28,661 nt of DNA from Thermoproteota archaeon (GTDB lineage: Archaea; Korarchaeota; Korarchaeia; Korarchaeales; Korarchaeaceae), in NCBI GenBank assembly GCA_037917625.1, contig JAVCBY010000099.1:1-28661 (forward strand), read 5' to 3'. The translations under genes were made by a program, and so were the position numbers. Below the pieces are notes generated by a model. The model was not told where the DNA came from and made no database searches. It worked only from the letters and a program-made list of their open reading frames with translations. Below, piece by piece: positions 1-9,173 of this stretch (positions are counted from its first letter, which is position 1; each line of letters begins with the position of its first letter).

Positions 1-184
1 GAGGGCACCACTCAGCGGCGAAAATGAGTACGACTATCTTCCCTTGGAGAGATGTCTTTGAGACGGCTTTACCATCGTAAGTGACTGCTCTCATCACGGG
101 AGCCTCGCTTCCCACTTTAGGAAGCGCTGAGGCAACTAAGGAGGGAATGAGAAGCATTATGATGAGGAGAGCTACATATCTCAA
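1..184 (-). CDS. TlpA/ResA-like thioredoxin-fold redoxin with signal peptide (5' part only, runs off the left edge)
   Basis: Not in the ORF track. Manual translation from TTG 184..182, which overlaps the phosphatase stop (TTGA): MRYVALLIIMLLIPSLVASALPKVGSEAPVMRAVTYDGKAVSKTSLQGKIVVLIFAAEWCP. Hydrophobic signal, VG..AP, LQGKIVVL.F.A.WCP (start of a CxxC motif). Confidence 0.85.
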   Translation of the reverse strand, partial: MRYVALLIIMLLIPSLVASALPKVGSEAPVMRAVTYDGKAVSKTSLQGKIVVLIFAAEWCP

Positions 185-1080
185 ATTCTGATCACCTCCA
201 TCCTCTTCCCATCATACATAGCGGCTGTAGGTGGTATGCCGTAGTACCTACATGAGAAGATAGATATTAACCTATGTTTCATTCCCTCCATCCCCGTGTT
301 CCCCTCGAAGAGGAGCATGTAGCCATCTGGATACGCCTCATGCGACCTAACTATAGCCTTAAGTTTATTAAATCTCAAGAATTCCTCAACTGCAGCTCTA
401 CCGTAATATTTCACGCCCCCTCCCCTGCTGTAATTCTCCCCGAACCTCTCCACGTATTCTGAAGGATCGTTCCAGAGTATCTGGAACGCTATCTTATTGC
501 TAGGTATCAGATCCTTCTTGGGCAGAGCTGCTATCTGCTTGGTGGACTTGAGGCCCTCAGCTATACCTCCATGTAACGCTAGTATCCCATCGACTAGTGC
601 AGCGTAAGGCAAGTTTGAGAATACTTCGTTGTATCTCACGTAAACGTACTGCCATTCCGATCCGTATACATGATATAGGGTCTCCATGAAACCGTAATTC
701 ATGTTAACTACGGGAGATTCATGATTTCCCCTCAAGAGGAATAAATTTCCGCTTATATAATTAGCAAGCAGGTAGTTTATGTTCTCTATTTGTTTAGCCC
801 CTCTATCCACGTAATCCCCCAAGAACACCAAATTATAACCTTCTTTGAGGAATCTGAGGGCTGAAATCGAAGTATCTAGGTCCCCATGAGTATCTCCGAT
901 GAAAACAGTTTTTCCCTTCAACTTTATCAATTGCGGTTCCTTGGAGAGCTTGAGCTCAGCGGAATCCAGTAGGGACATGACTTCATCATAACTCAGGATT
1001 TCCCCTCTCATCGCTCTCTTGAGGACATCAAGTATCTCAACTCTCTCCTCCTTCCTCCTCAACCTCCTAAAAAATCTCAT
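181..1080 (-). CDS. PPP-family Ser/Thr protein phosphatase (PP1-arch-like metallophosphoesterase)
   Basis: Motifs GDTHG, GDYVDRG, LRGNHE, HGG, LWNDP, RSHE and FSCRYY, the last at the position of eukaryotic SAPNY. Confidence 0.92.
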   Translation of the reverse strand: MRFFRRLRRKEERVEILDVLKRAMRGEILSYDEVMSLLDSAELKLSKEPQLIKLKGKTVFIGDTHGDLDTSISALRFLKEGYNLVFLGDYVDRGAKQIENINYLLANYISGNLFLLRGNHESPVVNMNYGFMETLYHVYGSEWQYVYVRYNEVFSNLPYAALVDGILALHGGIAEGLKSTKQIAALPKKDLIPSNKIAFQILWNDPSEYVERFGENYSRGGGVKYYGRAAVEEFLRFNKLKAIVRSHEAYPDGYMLLFEGNTGMEGMKHRLISIFSCRYYGIPPTAAMYDGKRMEVIRI

Positions 1081-1094
1081 TCATACCACCGGTC

Positions 1095-1817
1095 TCATGG
1101 GGATAGAGTGAAGTGGATCCTCCTGTTGTCCTTTCCCTTGTTCTCCATCCCCAAGAATACTATCTCACCTATCTCCCTCGTGTTCCTCACGTGAGGACCG
1201 CCATCCGCTTGTATATCTATCCCCTCTATCTCGACTATCCTGAGTCTATCCAGATCGGGCGGTAAGGCCTTAACTAATTTCACTATTCCGGGTATCTTCA
1301 TAGCTTCCTCCCTACTTAAGTAGTAGATCTTCACCTCTCTACCCTCGGAGAGGAGCTTATTAGTCTCCGCTATTACCTCCTCAACTAGCCCCCTGTCAGG
1401 CCTCTCTAAGTTCACATCCACTCTACTCCTATCGTGACTGACATTATTCCCCGTGACTAATACTCCGTACTTAGAGTTAAGCAAAGCTATTAATGCATGT
1501 AGAGCCGTGTGCATCCTCATTACCCTGTACCTCTTATCCCAATCTAGGATGCCCCTCACTGCATCGCCAGTCATAAGCCCGGGTCTTCCAACGATATGCC
1601 AGACAACTCCACCCTCCTTCCTCACCTCAACGACCTCGAATTCCTCATCCCCTCTCAGGAGCTTCCCGCTATCGCTCGGAAGACCTCCGCCTCGAGGATA
1701 GAAAGCTGTCCTATCTAGGGAGACCTTATCACCTTCCACAGCTCTCACAACCGCCTCAAACTCCTTTAAGTAACAATCATCCATGTAGAGGAGCTCCGTC
1801 TCCAAACGCACACCCAT
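1095..1817 (-). CDS. alaX: Alanyl-tRNA editing protein AlaX (AlaXM type)
   Basis: LDRTAFYPRGGG..SD, MRMHTALH (HxxxH) and DGGPHV..T.EIG. Start moved from 1835 to ATG 1817 because SD-like GGTGGAG lies just upstream. Confidence 0.92.
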   Translation of the reverse strand: MGVRLETELLYMDDCYLKEFEAVVRAVEGDKVSLDRTAFYPRGGGLPSDSGKLLRGDEEFEVVEVRKEGGVVWHIVGRPGLMTGDAVRGILDWDKRYRVMRMHTALHALIALLNSKYGVLVTGNNVSHDRSRVDVNLERPDRGLVEEVIAETNKLLSEGREVKIYYLSREEAMKIPGIVKLVKALPPDLDRLRIVEIEGIDIQADGGPHVRNTREIGEIVFLGMENKGKDNRRIHFTLSP

Positions 1818-1890
1818 GAGCGCTCCACCATCCATATTTTAATCTTCCTCAGCGGGTGAAACTTATTAAAGAGGGGAGGGAGGAAGCGGG

Positions 1891-3288
1891 ATGAGACTAA
1901 GGCATGCGATCATCATATTGTTAATACTAGTAGCTCAAGCTTCAGCTGAGCAGACTTGGGATCTCTCGATATCGAGAGTCAACCTTTACCCTCCGAACGC
2001 TGAAGTCCAGCAGGGGCAACCCCTATTGATAACGATATATGTAAGAAACAACGAGGGATCTCAGTTCTCAGGGACTGTATCAGTGAGCCTCTACGTCGAT
2101 GGATTCCTCAAATCGAGGGAGGATTGGTACATCGGTAATCTCTCGATAGGATCTATCCCAATCCCCCCGGGCGGCTATAGAACTATAGTGACGAGCTTAG
2201 AGACATCAACCCTAACAATTGGCGTTCATGAGTTGAGGATAGAGATAAGCCCCAAGGGTTATCTAGATCCTAATAAAGATGATAATAGTTACTCAATGAA
2301 TTTCGTGATCGTGCCCTTAGTTAATCCATTCATAGAGGCTGATAGTGAGGTCCTTCAGGGCAAGGAGTTCGATATAAAGGTGCAGATACCTAACCCGAGG
2401 AGCGAACCTCTCGAGAGCGTGAAGGTCAGGCTCTTCGTCAATGGGAGCGAGATAGGCACTAAAGAATCATATGTACCTCCTAGGATGATATCCGCGGTCA
2501 AGTTCTCATATAAGCCCTTGAATGTCGGGACCATTATCTTAGATGCTCTGATAACGAGGGAAGATCAGCTAATGGGGAGAGCTTCCTTGATGATCACAGT
2601 GAAGCCCTCATGCGATCTCTCGATAGAGAAAGTTCAGTTGAGCGAGAGGATTTTCGCTGGAGAGCCTATCTCAGGGAAGTTGATGCTGAGGAATGCAGGA
2701 TTATCAGCTTCCAGGGTGAATTTAACCTTCCTCATAGATGGGGAGACTGTTGAGAGCAAGTCAATAGATTTCGTAGATCCTAATAAAGGATTGGAGCTCG
2801 AGTTCAATCTAAACGTTGCCCTCGAGATAGGGAGCCATACTATAACCTTTAAGCTCATCCCCCTTGACGCCACTGACTTGAATCCCTCTGATAACGATTA
2901 CTCCTTCGGCTTCAAGGTCATGCCAGTGCCTATATCCCTCTCAGCCCGTTCATCTGGCAGCGATATATACGTTAACTTGACTAACTTAGCGGACCTCCTC
3001 ACTAACGTGGAGATATCTCTACTGAGGAATGGGAGCGAGATCATGAGGTTAAATGCAACGCTGGAGGCTGGGTCCAGCAAATTAATTCCTATAAGAGGGT
3101 TGGATCCCGGGAATTACACTATCGCAGTTTATAGTCATGGGAGCATGGTCTCATCTACAGGAGTGAGCGTGGAGGGGGGAGTAAAGCCTGAAACTCCATC
3201 CTGGCCATTAGCTGTAGTCCCTATAGTGGCCGCTCTAGCTTATTACTTACTCACCAGGAGGAAGAGGAGGGCCTGGCCCTCCTCATGA
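1891..3288 (+). CDS. Secreted multi-CARDB/Ig-like surface protein with C-terminal membrane anchor
   Basis: Signal peptide (ASA|E). Repeated beta-sandwich units starting DLSI (WDLSISRV, CDLSIEKV), containing V/LRN.G and ending DPNKDDN / DLNPSDN. C-terminal PSWP, then a TM helix, then RRKRR. Confidence 0.8.
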   Translation: MRLRHAIIILLILVAQASAEQTWDLSISRVNLYPPNAEVQQGQPLLITIYVRNNEGSQFSGTVSVSLYVDGFLKSREDWYIGNLSIGSIPIPPGGYRTIVTSLETSTLTIGVHELRIEISPKGYLDPNKDDNSYSMNFVIVPLVNPFIEADSEVLQGKEFDIKVQIPNPRSEPLESVKVRLFVNGSEIGTKESYVPPRMISAVKFSYKPLNVGTIILDALITREDQLMGRASLMITVKPSCDLSIEKVQLSERIFAGEPISGKLMLRNAGLSASRVNLTFLIDGETVESKSIDFVDPNKGLELEFNLNVALEIGSHTITFKLIPLDATDLNPSDNDYSFGFKVMPVPISLSARSSGSDIYVNLTNLADLLTNVEISLLRNGSEIMRLNATLEAGSSKLIPIRGLDPGNYTIAVYSHGSMVSSTGVSVEGGVKPETPSWPLAVVPIVAALAYYLLTRRKRRAWPSS

Positions 3289-3348
3289 AATTTTCATCTT
3301 TGTCCCGGATTTCTATCATCCCTTAAGTTTATAGATCGAGCTATCGTG

Positions 3349-3642
3349 ATGAGGAAGCTGGTCCCCCTCCTGCTGATCCTATTGGTCCCTTTAGTGGTTG
3401 CAGAAGCTCAAAACCCATTCTCTTGGCTTGAGGATTCAATAAAAGGTCTTACTGAGGCTGCCATAGAGCTGCTAGAGGTCCTCAAATCATCAGCTTTAAT
3501 GATAGCTAGAGCTTTATCCGGGACATTGATAGCCCTCGGCCTCGTGCTCTGGGGTACTGATATATTCAGCTATAAGGGGAGGAGATTGATAATCGCTGGC
3601 ATAATAATGCTCTTCATCGTGGAGATGCTCTGGGGGATTTGA
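3349..3642 (+). CDS. Small membrane protein, VirB2/TrbC/CedA1-type pilin-like
   Basis: Signal peptide ending AEA|Q, an amphipathic helix, then two hydrophobic helices joined by a short basic loop (SYKGRR). The pilin call is inferred from architecture only. Confidence 0.6.
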   Translation: MRKLVPLLLILLVPLVVAEAQNPFSWLEDSIKGLTEAAIELLEVLKSSALMIARALSGTLIALGLVLWGTDIFSYKGRRLIIAGIIMLFIVEMLWGI

Positions 3643-3705
3643 GTTCAATGGGCTTCGGATCAGACCTCGAAATATATTTAAGGGAGGGGAAGATCCCATG
3701 AGATT

Positions 3706-4503
3706 ATGAAGAGGGTGGGATTCGTCCAGACGAATCCCGAGTTCGGTGAAGTTGAGAGGAACTTGAAGAGAGCTTTAGATCTGGCTTCCAAAGTAGAATC
3801 AGACTTGCTCGTATTTCCGGAGCTCTTCAATACAGGATATCTTTTCCTCTCAAGGGAGGAAGCCCTAAAGCTCTCGGAGGGGTTAGATGGTCCCACAATC
3901 AAGAAGCTCAGCGATTTCGCATCAGAGCATTCAACAGCTATAGTCGCTGGCTTCCCGGAGAGGGATGGAGGGAAGGTTTACAATTCAGCTGTAGCCATAG
4001 ATGTAGATGGTGATGTGAAAGGCGTTTATAGGAAGACGCATCTCTTCTACGAGGAGAAGCTCATATTCGATCCCGGGGACACGGGGTTCAGAGTATTCGA
4101 TCTAGCTGGGATGAGGGTGGGGATAATGATATGCTTCGATTGGATCTTCCCTGAGTCAGCTAGATCCCTCGCTCTATCTGGCGCTCAAGTCATCGCGCAC
4201 CCATCTTGCTTAGTGATGCCGTACGCCCCTAAAGCTGATCCCGTGAGGGCTCTGGAGAATAGGGTCTTCATCATACTCTCAGATAGGAGTGGGATTGAGG
4301 AGAGGGGAGGGAAGAGGTTGAGGTATCATGGGATGAGCCTCATCTCCGATCCCAAGATGAACATATTAGCTCAGGCTCCTGAGGAAGGGGAGCACGTGGG
4401 CATAGCGGAGATAGATCCTAAATTAGCGGAGGATAAGAGGGTAAATGAACTGAATGATATATTCCTCGATAGGAGGCCGGAGTTCTATGCTAAGATATGC
4501 TAG
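3706..4503 (+). CDS. Nitrilase / carbon-nitrogen hydrolase superfamily amidase
   Basis: Catalytic E-K-C triad in FPELF, YRKTHL and ICFDW, plus RALEN. TATA-like ATATTTAA about 25 nt upstream. Confidence 0.92.
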   Translation: MKRVGFVQTNPEFGEVERNLKRALDLASKVESDLLVFPELFNTGYLFLSREEALKLSEGLDGPTIKKLSDFASEHSTAIVAGFPERDGGKVYNSAVAIDVDGDVKGVYRKTHLFYEEKLIFDPGDTGFRVFDLAGMRVGIMICFDWIFPESARSLALSGAQVIAHPSCLVMPYAPKADPVRALENRVFIILSDRSGIEERGGKRLRYHGMSLISDPKMNILAQAPEEGEHVGIAEIDPKLAEDKRVNELNDIFLDRRPEFYAKIC

Positions 4504-6061
4504 AGTGATCCCATTTATCCTGCTCCTCATCCCAATCTACCCGATATATGCGGACTCCCTCTCCATTTATGTAGCGGTAGATTGCTATATAACGAATTGG
4601 GATCAGGGGAAGAACTTCCACTCGGATGTCCTAAGGGTCTCTAGGGAGAAATCCGGCAACGATTACTTGGAGGCTAGAGCTATAATAGGGTTCGATTTCA
4701 CTGATCTGATGGCCATACCCAGGGGGTCGAAGGTATCCGAGGCTAATTTAATCCTTAAGCCCGTGAACGGATCCAAAGCTAAGGTGGAGGTTTGGGAGCT
4801 AGCTAAGAGGCCTGACATATTTAGAGTGAGCTGGATAAGAGCTGGTGACGAGTACTGGACCACCCCAGGAGGAGACCTACTGAGGAAAGTCGGAGAGGCT
4901 GAGATCAGCACGAAAGAGCTGAGGATAGATCTGAGGGATTACATTCAGGCGTTGGTGAATGGTGAGCTGAATTCAACGGGCTGGTTCTTGTTGAAGATAG
5001 CGGACGAGGGTTACCTTTACTTCTACTCTGAGCTCTCATTGAACAAACCTAGGATTGAGATAAGCTATACGAGAGCTTCTCTAGATATAAGCTTGGATTC
5101 TGATGAAGTCAAGCTCTCCCAAGGGAGTTCCTCTCTCCTGAAAGTTCAAGTGAGTGGATACCTCGGATCCCCTGTCTCGATAGAGGTAGAGGCCCCGAGC
5201 TTCCTCAAATACACGATATCCCCGAGCCAAGGCTACCCGACTTTCGTCTCAACTCTGAACTTATCCTTGCCTGAGGATGCCCCAGGAGGTATATATACTG
5301 TTATAATCTCAGCAGTAGGCCCTATTAGGAAGAACACAACTCTCAAGCTCATAGTCATCGAGAAGAAGGGTTACATAGTGTCCTGCCCGAGCAGTATCGA
5401 TCTAATAGGTGGATTCAGGGAGGACTTAACCCTAAAGGTGAAGCCTACGGGGAACTTCAGCGGGGAGATCGAGGCATCCATAATAGAAGCCCCAAACTGG
5501 CTCAATGTTTGGATAAATCCGAGCAAGGGGAGGCCCCCATTCAACTTAACCTTGACATTGAAGTCTCTCCCGGACGTTGAGGCTTCTGGAAGGCTCAAGA
5601 TAATGTTCAGGGGTCAAGTGAGCAAACAGTACGAAGTAGAAGTGAGGACTAGAATCAGGAGAGTCGCTATTTACAGTAACGATATAGATTGGAAATTATC
5701 TAAGGAACTCATAATATCTTACTCAAATTCAACGGGAGTCCCCGTTCATAGGATAAATGATACATCCCTATTCTCAAATTACGATCTCATCATAATCTTG
5801 GGAGGCCATAAGGCTCCTACGGATGGATGGATGCCAAAGAACGTAGCATCGAGCTTCATGAATGAGAGTGAGAAGGCCTCTCTGGAGAGAGGGAAAGATC
5901 TGATAATAGTGAGGAAGGAGGGCTCAACTATCATAATGATAATAGCCGGTAAGAAGAGGCAGAACACAGCAGCTTTAGTATCATCCGATAGAGATGGTGA
6001 TGGCTTCCCACTAATAGCTGAAATTCTCAGTGAAGATCCCATTGAGGTGGCCAGAAGCTAG
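4487..6061 (+). CDS. Secreted surface protein: DNRLRE-like domain, Ig-like repeats, C-terminal cell-wall-binding-2-like domain
   Basis: Start moved to ATG 4487 (AGGAGG at 4471-4476), followed by a signal peptide. D.YI...N...L.V...RAIIGFD..IP.G..V..A.L.L resembles DNRLRE domains. C-terminus has ILGG.KA...AG..R..T and a DRDGDG Ca-binding-like motif. Confidence 0.65.
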   Translation: MLRYARVIPFILLLIPIYPIYADSLSIYVAVDCYITNWDQGKNFHSDVLRVSREKSGNDYLEARAIIGFDFTDLMAIPRGSKVSEANLILKPVNGSKAKVEVWELAKRPDIFRVSWIRAGDEYWTTPGGDLLRKVGEAEISTKELRIDLRDYIQALVNGELNSTGWFLLKIADEGYLYFYSELSLNKPRIEISYTRASLDISLDSDEVKLSQGSSSLLKVQVSGYLGSPVSIEVEAPSFLKYTISPSQGYPTFVSTLNLSLPEDAPGGIYTVIISAVGPIRKNTTLKLIVIEKKGYIVSCPSSIDLIGGFREDLTLKVKPTGNFSGEIEASIIEAPNWLNVWINPSKGRPPFNLTLTLKSLPDVEASGRLKIMFRGQVSKQYEVEVRTRIRRVAIYSNDIDWKLSKELIISYSNSTGVPVHRINDTSLFSNYDLIIILGGHKAPTDGWMPKNVASSFMNESEKASLERGKDLIIVRKEGSTIIMIIAGKKRQNTAALVSSDRDGDGFPLIAEILSEDPIEVARS

Positions 6062-6106
6062 CTTCGGCATCTGATCGATTTTTAAATGATCAATTCAACG
6101 TATATT

Positions 6107-7051
6107 ATGCCAGTTAGGTTGCCCAAGCCTGGATTGAGGAATATAGATGGTCATCTACTCTATCTAGAGCATACCGGACCTCACATGGCCACGCTTCAGG
6201 TTGTGAACGGTGTATTATCATCGGAACTGACTTCAGCAGGTCAATTGGTTGAGACAATGGATCTCGAGCTCTTCGGGAAATCCCTCTTCATAGAGCACAT
6301 AATAATGATCTCCCTCTACGATGAGTACATCTATCATGAGACATTGGTCCATCCAGCCCTACTCTCACTCGAGAATCCGGAGAAAGTGCTGATAATAGGA
6401 GGAGGGGATGGAGGAGCCCTGAGGGAAGTGCTGAAGCATCCAGTAGGGGAGGTGACGATGGTAGAGCTAGATAGCTCTGTGATAGAGACAGTGAGGAAGC
6501 ACGTGCCCGAGGTCCCCGGGGACTCCTTCGAGGACCCTAGGCTCAAGCTGATGATAGGGGACGGTAGGAAGTACGTCGAGAGTTGCGAGGAGAAATATGA
6601 TGCAATAATATTGGATGTAACGGATCCATATGGCCAAGCCGTGAGGCTTTACACGAAGGAATTTTACTCAATGGTCAGGAAGCTCATCAGAGATGGGGGG
6701 CTCATGGTCACTCATAGCGAGGGAGTTCACGCGAATAGAGTGGTCTTCCAGAGGATATATAGAGCAATTAAGGAGACTTTCAAGAAGCATGCAGTCGCTA
6801 AAGCTTATGTCCCATCTTTCAGTGATGATTGGTCGTTCTCATTCGGCTCAGATTATTTAGTGCCTCCTGAATTAGATGAGGAGAAATTGGAGAAGAGGTT
6901 CAATGAGAGATTGAAGGGGAAGACGAAATTCTATCTTCCTGAGATACATTATGCGCTCTTCAGCCTCCCAGCATATCTCAAGGCCGCTCTGGAGGAGGAA
7001 GTTCCCCCGAGCACTGACGATAACCCAGCTGAGATATACGAAGAAAGCTAG
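6107..7051 (+). CDS. speE: Spermidine synthase / polyamine aminopropyltransferase
   Basis: DEYIYHETLVHP, VLIIGGGDGGALREVLKH, VELD, DGRKY and ILDVTDP. ATG 6107 preferred because TTTTTAAA (6079-6086) sits about 25 nt upstream, as expected for a leaderless transcript. Confidence 0.9.
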   Translation: MPVRLPKPGLRNIDGHLLYLEHTGPHMATLQVVNGVLSSELTSAGQLVETMDLELFGKSLFIEHIIMISLYDEYIYHETLVHPALLSLENPEKVLIIGGGDGGALREVLKHPVGEVTMVELDSSVIETVRKHVPEVPGDSFEDPRLKLMIGDGRKYVESCEEKYDAIILDVTDPYGQAVRLYTKEFYSMVRKLIRDGGLMVTHSEGVHANRVVFQRIYRAIKETFKKHAVAKAYVPSFSDDWSFSFGSDYLVPPELDEEKLEKRFNERLKGKTKFYLPEIHYALFSLPAYLKAALEEEVPPSTDDNPAEIYEES

Positions 7052-7842
7052 AACCTGTACAAGAACTCATAGGAGTCCTTTATATCTATTATCTCGAGCC
7101 ACTTCTTTATCTTCCCCCTTATCCCTTTGAAATTCCTCGAATTTAGTTCCTTGAGGAACTTCCCCAAGACCTCCTCGAAGTAAGGGTTCTGCGATATTAA
7201 CTCTTGGCTCAGAGCTTCGCTCTGATTCAAGGTAGCTGCTGATATCCTCAAGAACCACGAGATAGTTTTCGTACTCGCTAATCTCAATGAATTGGAATCA
7301 TCGTCCGATGAGGAGAGGAAGGAGTTAGTGATGAGATGGATCAAGCCCAGCCAAGCCATCGCCCTATCGTGATCCTCTAAGTTCATCGGGATCAACTCGA
7401 AGGGGAAGAGGGATGAGAGGTAGGAGATCTCTTCCTCTATATTCGTTACCTCTATTACAGCAGCCCTCCCATATCTAATATCACCTATCCCCGGGCCGAA
7501 GAGGGGGTGGAAGGAGATCCCCTTGATCCCTAGCCTCCAGAGATTCCTCATGCTCTCTATGACGGGGCTCTTAACTGAGCTTATCTCCATTATGACGCTT
7601 CCCTTCCTCATCTTACCGCTCAGCTCCTCGACTAATCTCGGGACCTTCGATATAGGGACGCATAATAGAGCTGATTCAAAGCTCTCCAAGTCGGAAAGAT
7701 CGCTCAGTGGCTTGATCCTCTCCCCAGATATACTAGCAACCTTCCTACTATCTAAATCGTAAATGGATACGCAGTGCTCCTCGCTTAAGTACTTCGAGAA
7801 GAGCTTTCCCATCTCCCCAGCTCCTATTATCAGGATCTCCAA
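7048..7842 (-). CDS. tyrA: Prephenate/arogenate dehydrogenase
   Basis: GAGEMG Rossmann motif, EISSVK, SFHPLFGP and DHDRAMA. Follows aroC and the chorismate mutase fusion. Confidence 0.88.
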   Translation of the reverse strand: MEILIIGAGEMGKLFSKYLSEEHCVSIYDLDSRKVASISGERIKPLSDLSDLESFESALLCVPISKVPRLVEELSGKMRKGSVIMEISSVKSPVIESMRNLWRLGIKGISFHPLFGPGIGDIRYGRAAVIEVTNIEEEISYLSSLFPFELIPMNLEDHDRAMAWLGLIHLITNSFLSSSDDDSNSLRLASTKTISWFLRISAATLNQSEALSQELISQNPYFEEVLGKFLKELNSRNFKGIRGKIKKWLEIIDIKDSYEFLYRF

Positions 7843-9173
7843 GATAGGAGGGCCTCCTTCAACAACCTCAATCCACCTTCAGCTCCCTCGCTCGCGAACG
7901 TGATCCTTATCCATTCCTTGAATGGACCGAATCCGGATCCTGGAGCTAGTGCTATGCCCCTCTCCTCGAGGACACGCATGGAGAATTCCATAGAATCGAA
8001 TCCGTCTATCTCAACCTTCGGGAATATATAGAGGCCTCCCTCAGGCTCCTTGTAGCTTATAGGAGCACCTGAAAGTTCGCTAATTGCTCTATCCAAGTAA
8101 GACTTCAGCAAGCCCTTGACTTCACTCACCCAACTCTCCCCTCTCTCTAAGACCGAGGCGGATGCATCCTGTATGAACTCTGGGACGTTGCTTATAGTCA
8201 AGCTCAAGTACTTAGAGAGCTTCGATACTATCTCCTCCTTCGCGTGTATATAGCCTATCCTGAATCCAGTCATCCCGAATGCCTTAGAGAGAGTGTTCAC
8301 GCTTATAGTCTTATCGTAAACTTTCGCTGGGGATACTCTATCGACGAGTGATATCTCAGAGTATGCATCATCGCTTATTAGGATAGAATCATTCTCATTC
8401 AAATAATCTGAAAGTTCTTCTAGCTCCTTTCTGCTCCAAACTTTCCCATCCGGGTTGTTCGGTGAGCAGACTATGAAGGCCCTTATCCCCTTGACCCTAG
8501 GTAGCTCATCTAGGGAGCTTATCTCTATGAACTCCAAGCCTAGGTTAGAGGCCATCCCCTTGTAAGCTGGCCAGGCGGGTATCATAACCCCTATCCTATC
8601 TCCAGGCTTCAGTAGAGAGGCTAAGATGGAGTATATCGCGAACTTAGATCCCGGGGTCACTATTATATTCTCAGGCCCGCTCTCTATCTTATCCCTCCTC
8701 TTTATCCATTCGCTAGCTGCTCTTCTAAAGGGATCTGAGCCTAATGATGTGCCATATCTGGTCTTCCCCTCCCTTATCGATTTCATCATCTCATCCAAGA
8801 GGAAGGGAGGGAATGACCAAGGCGGCTCACCGACCTCGAGGTGATATATCTTGACCCCTCTCCTCTCCAATTGCTTAGCTCTCCTGAAGACCTCTAGATG
8901 GGGCCCGGCATCTCCCCCCTCGGGTACCTGAGCCCTTATGGAAGCCGCTATGAGGAAGTTGAATAACCTCCTACAACTCCAATCATCGATCCCCCTCTCA
9001 CTGCACCTCTCCCTAACATCCCTCCATAAGCTTTCCTCGACATCAGGATCCCTTATCTGAATTCCAATCTCCCTCTTTAGTCTCCCTATCTCCTCAACTA
9101 GTTTCAGCCTCTCTGAATAGAGATCCACTAATCTGAGGGTCACTTCCCTGATCCTCTCCCTGAGCCCTTCCAT
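7830..9173 (-). CDS. Chorismate mutase (AroQ) fused to a class I/II PLP aminotransferase
   Basis: The N-terminal ~82 aa carry AroQ residues R5, R22, K33, D42, E46, S78 and Q82. The remainder has HLEVGEP, SPNNPDG, SDDAY and the PLP lysine motif LSKAFGMTGFRIGY. Confidence 0.88.
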   Translation of the reverse strand: MEGLRERIREVTLRLVDLYSERLKLVEEIGRLKREIGIQIRDPDVEESLWRDVRERCSERGIDDWSCRRLFNFLIAASIRAQVPEGGDAGPHLEVFRRAKQLERRGVKIYHLEVGEPPWSFPPFLLDEMMKSIREGKTRYGTSLGSDPFRRAASEWIKRRDKIESGPENIIVTPGSKFAIYSILASLLKPGDRIGVMIPAWPAYKGMASNLGLEFIEISSLDELPRVKGIRAFIVCSPNNPDGKVWSRKELEELSDYLNENDSILISDDAYSEISLVDRVSPAKVYDKTISVNTLSKAFGMTGFRIGYIHAKEEIVSKLSKYLSLTISNVPEFIQDASASVLERGESWVSEVKGLLKSYLDRAISELSGAPISYKEPEGGLYIFPKVEIDGFDSMEFSMRVLEERGIALAPGSGFGPFKEWIRITFASEGAEGGLRLLKEALLSWRS

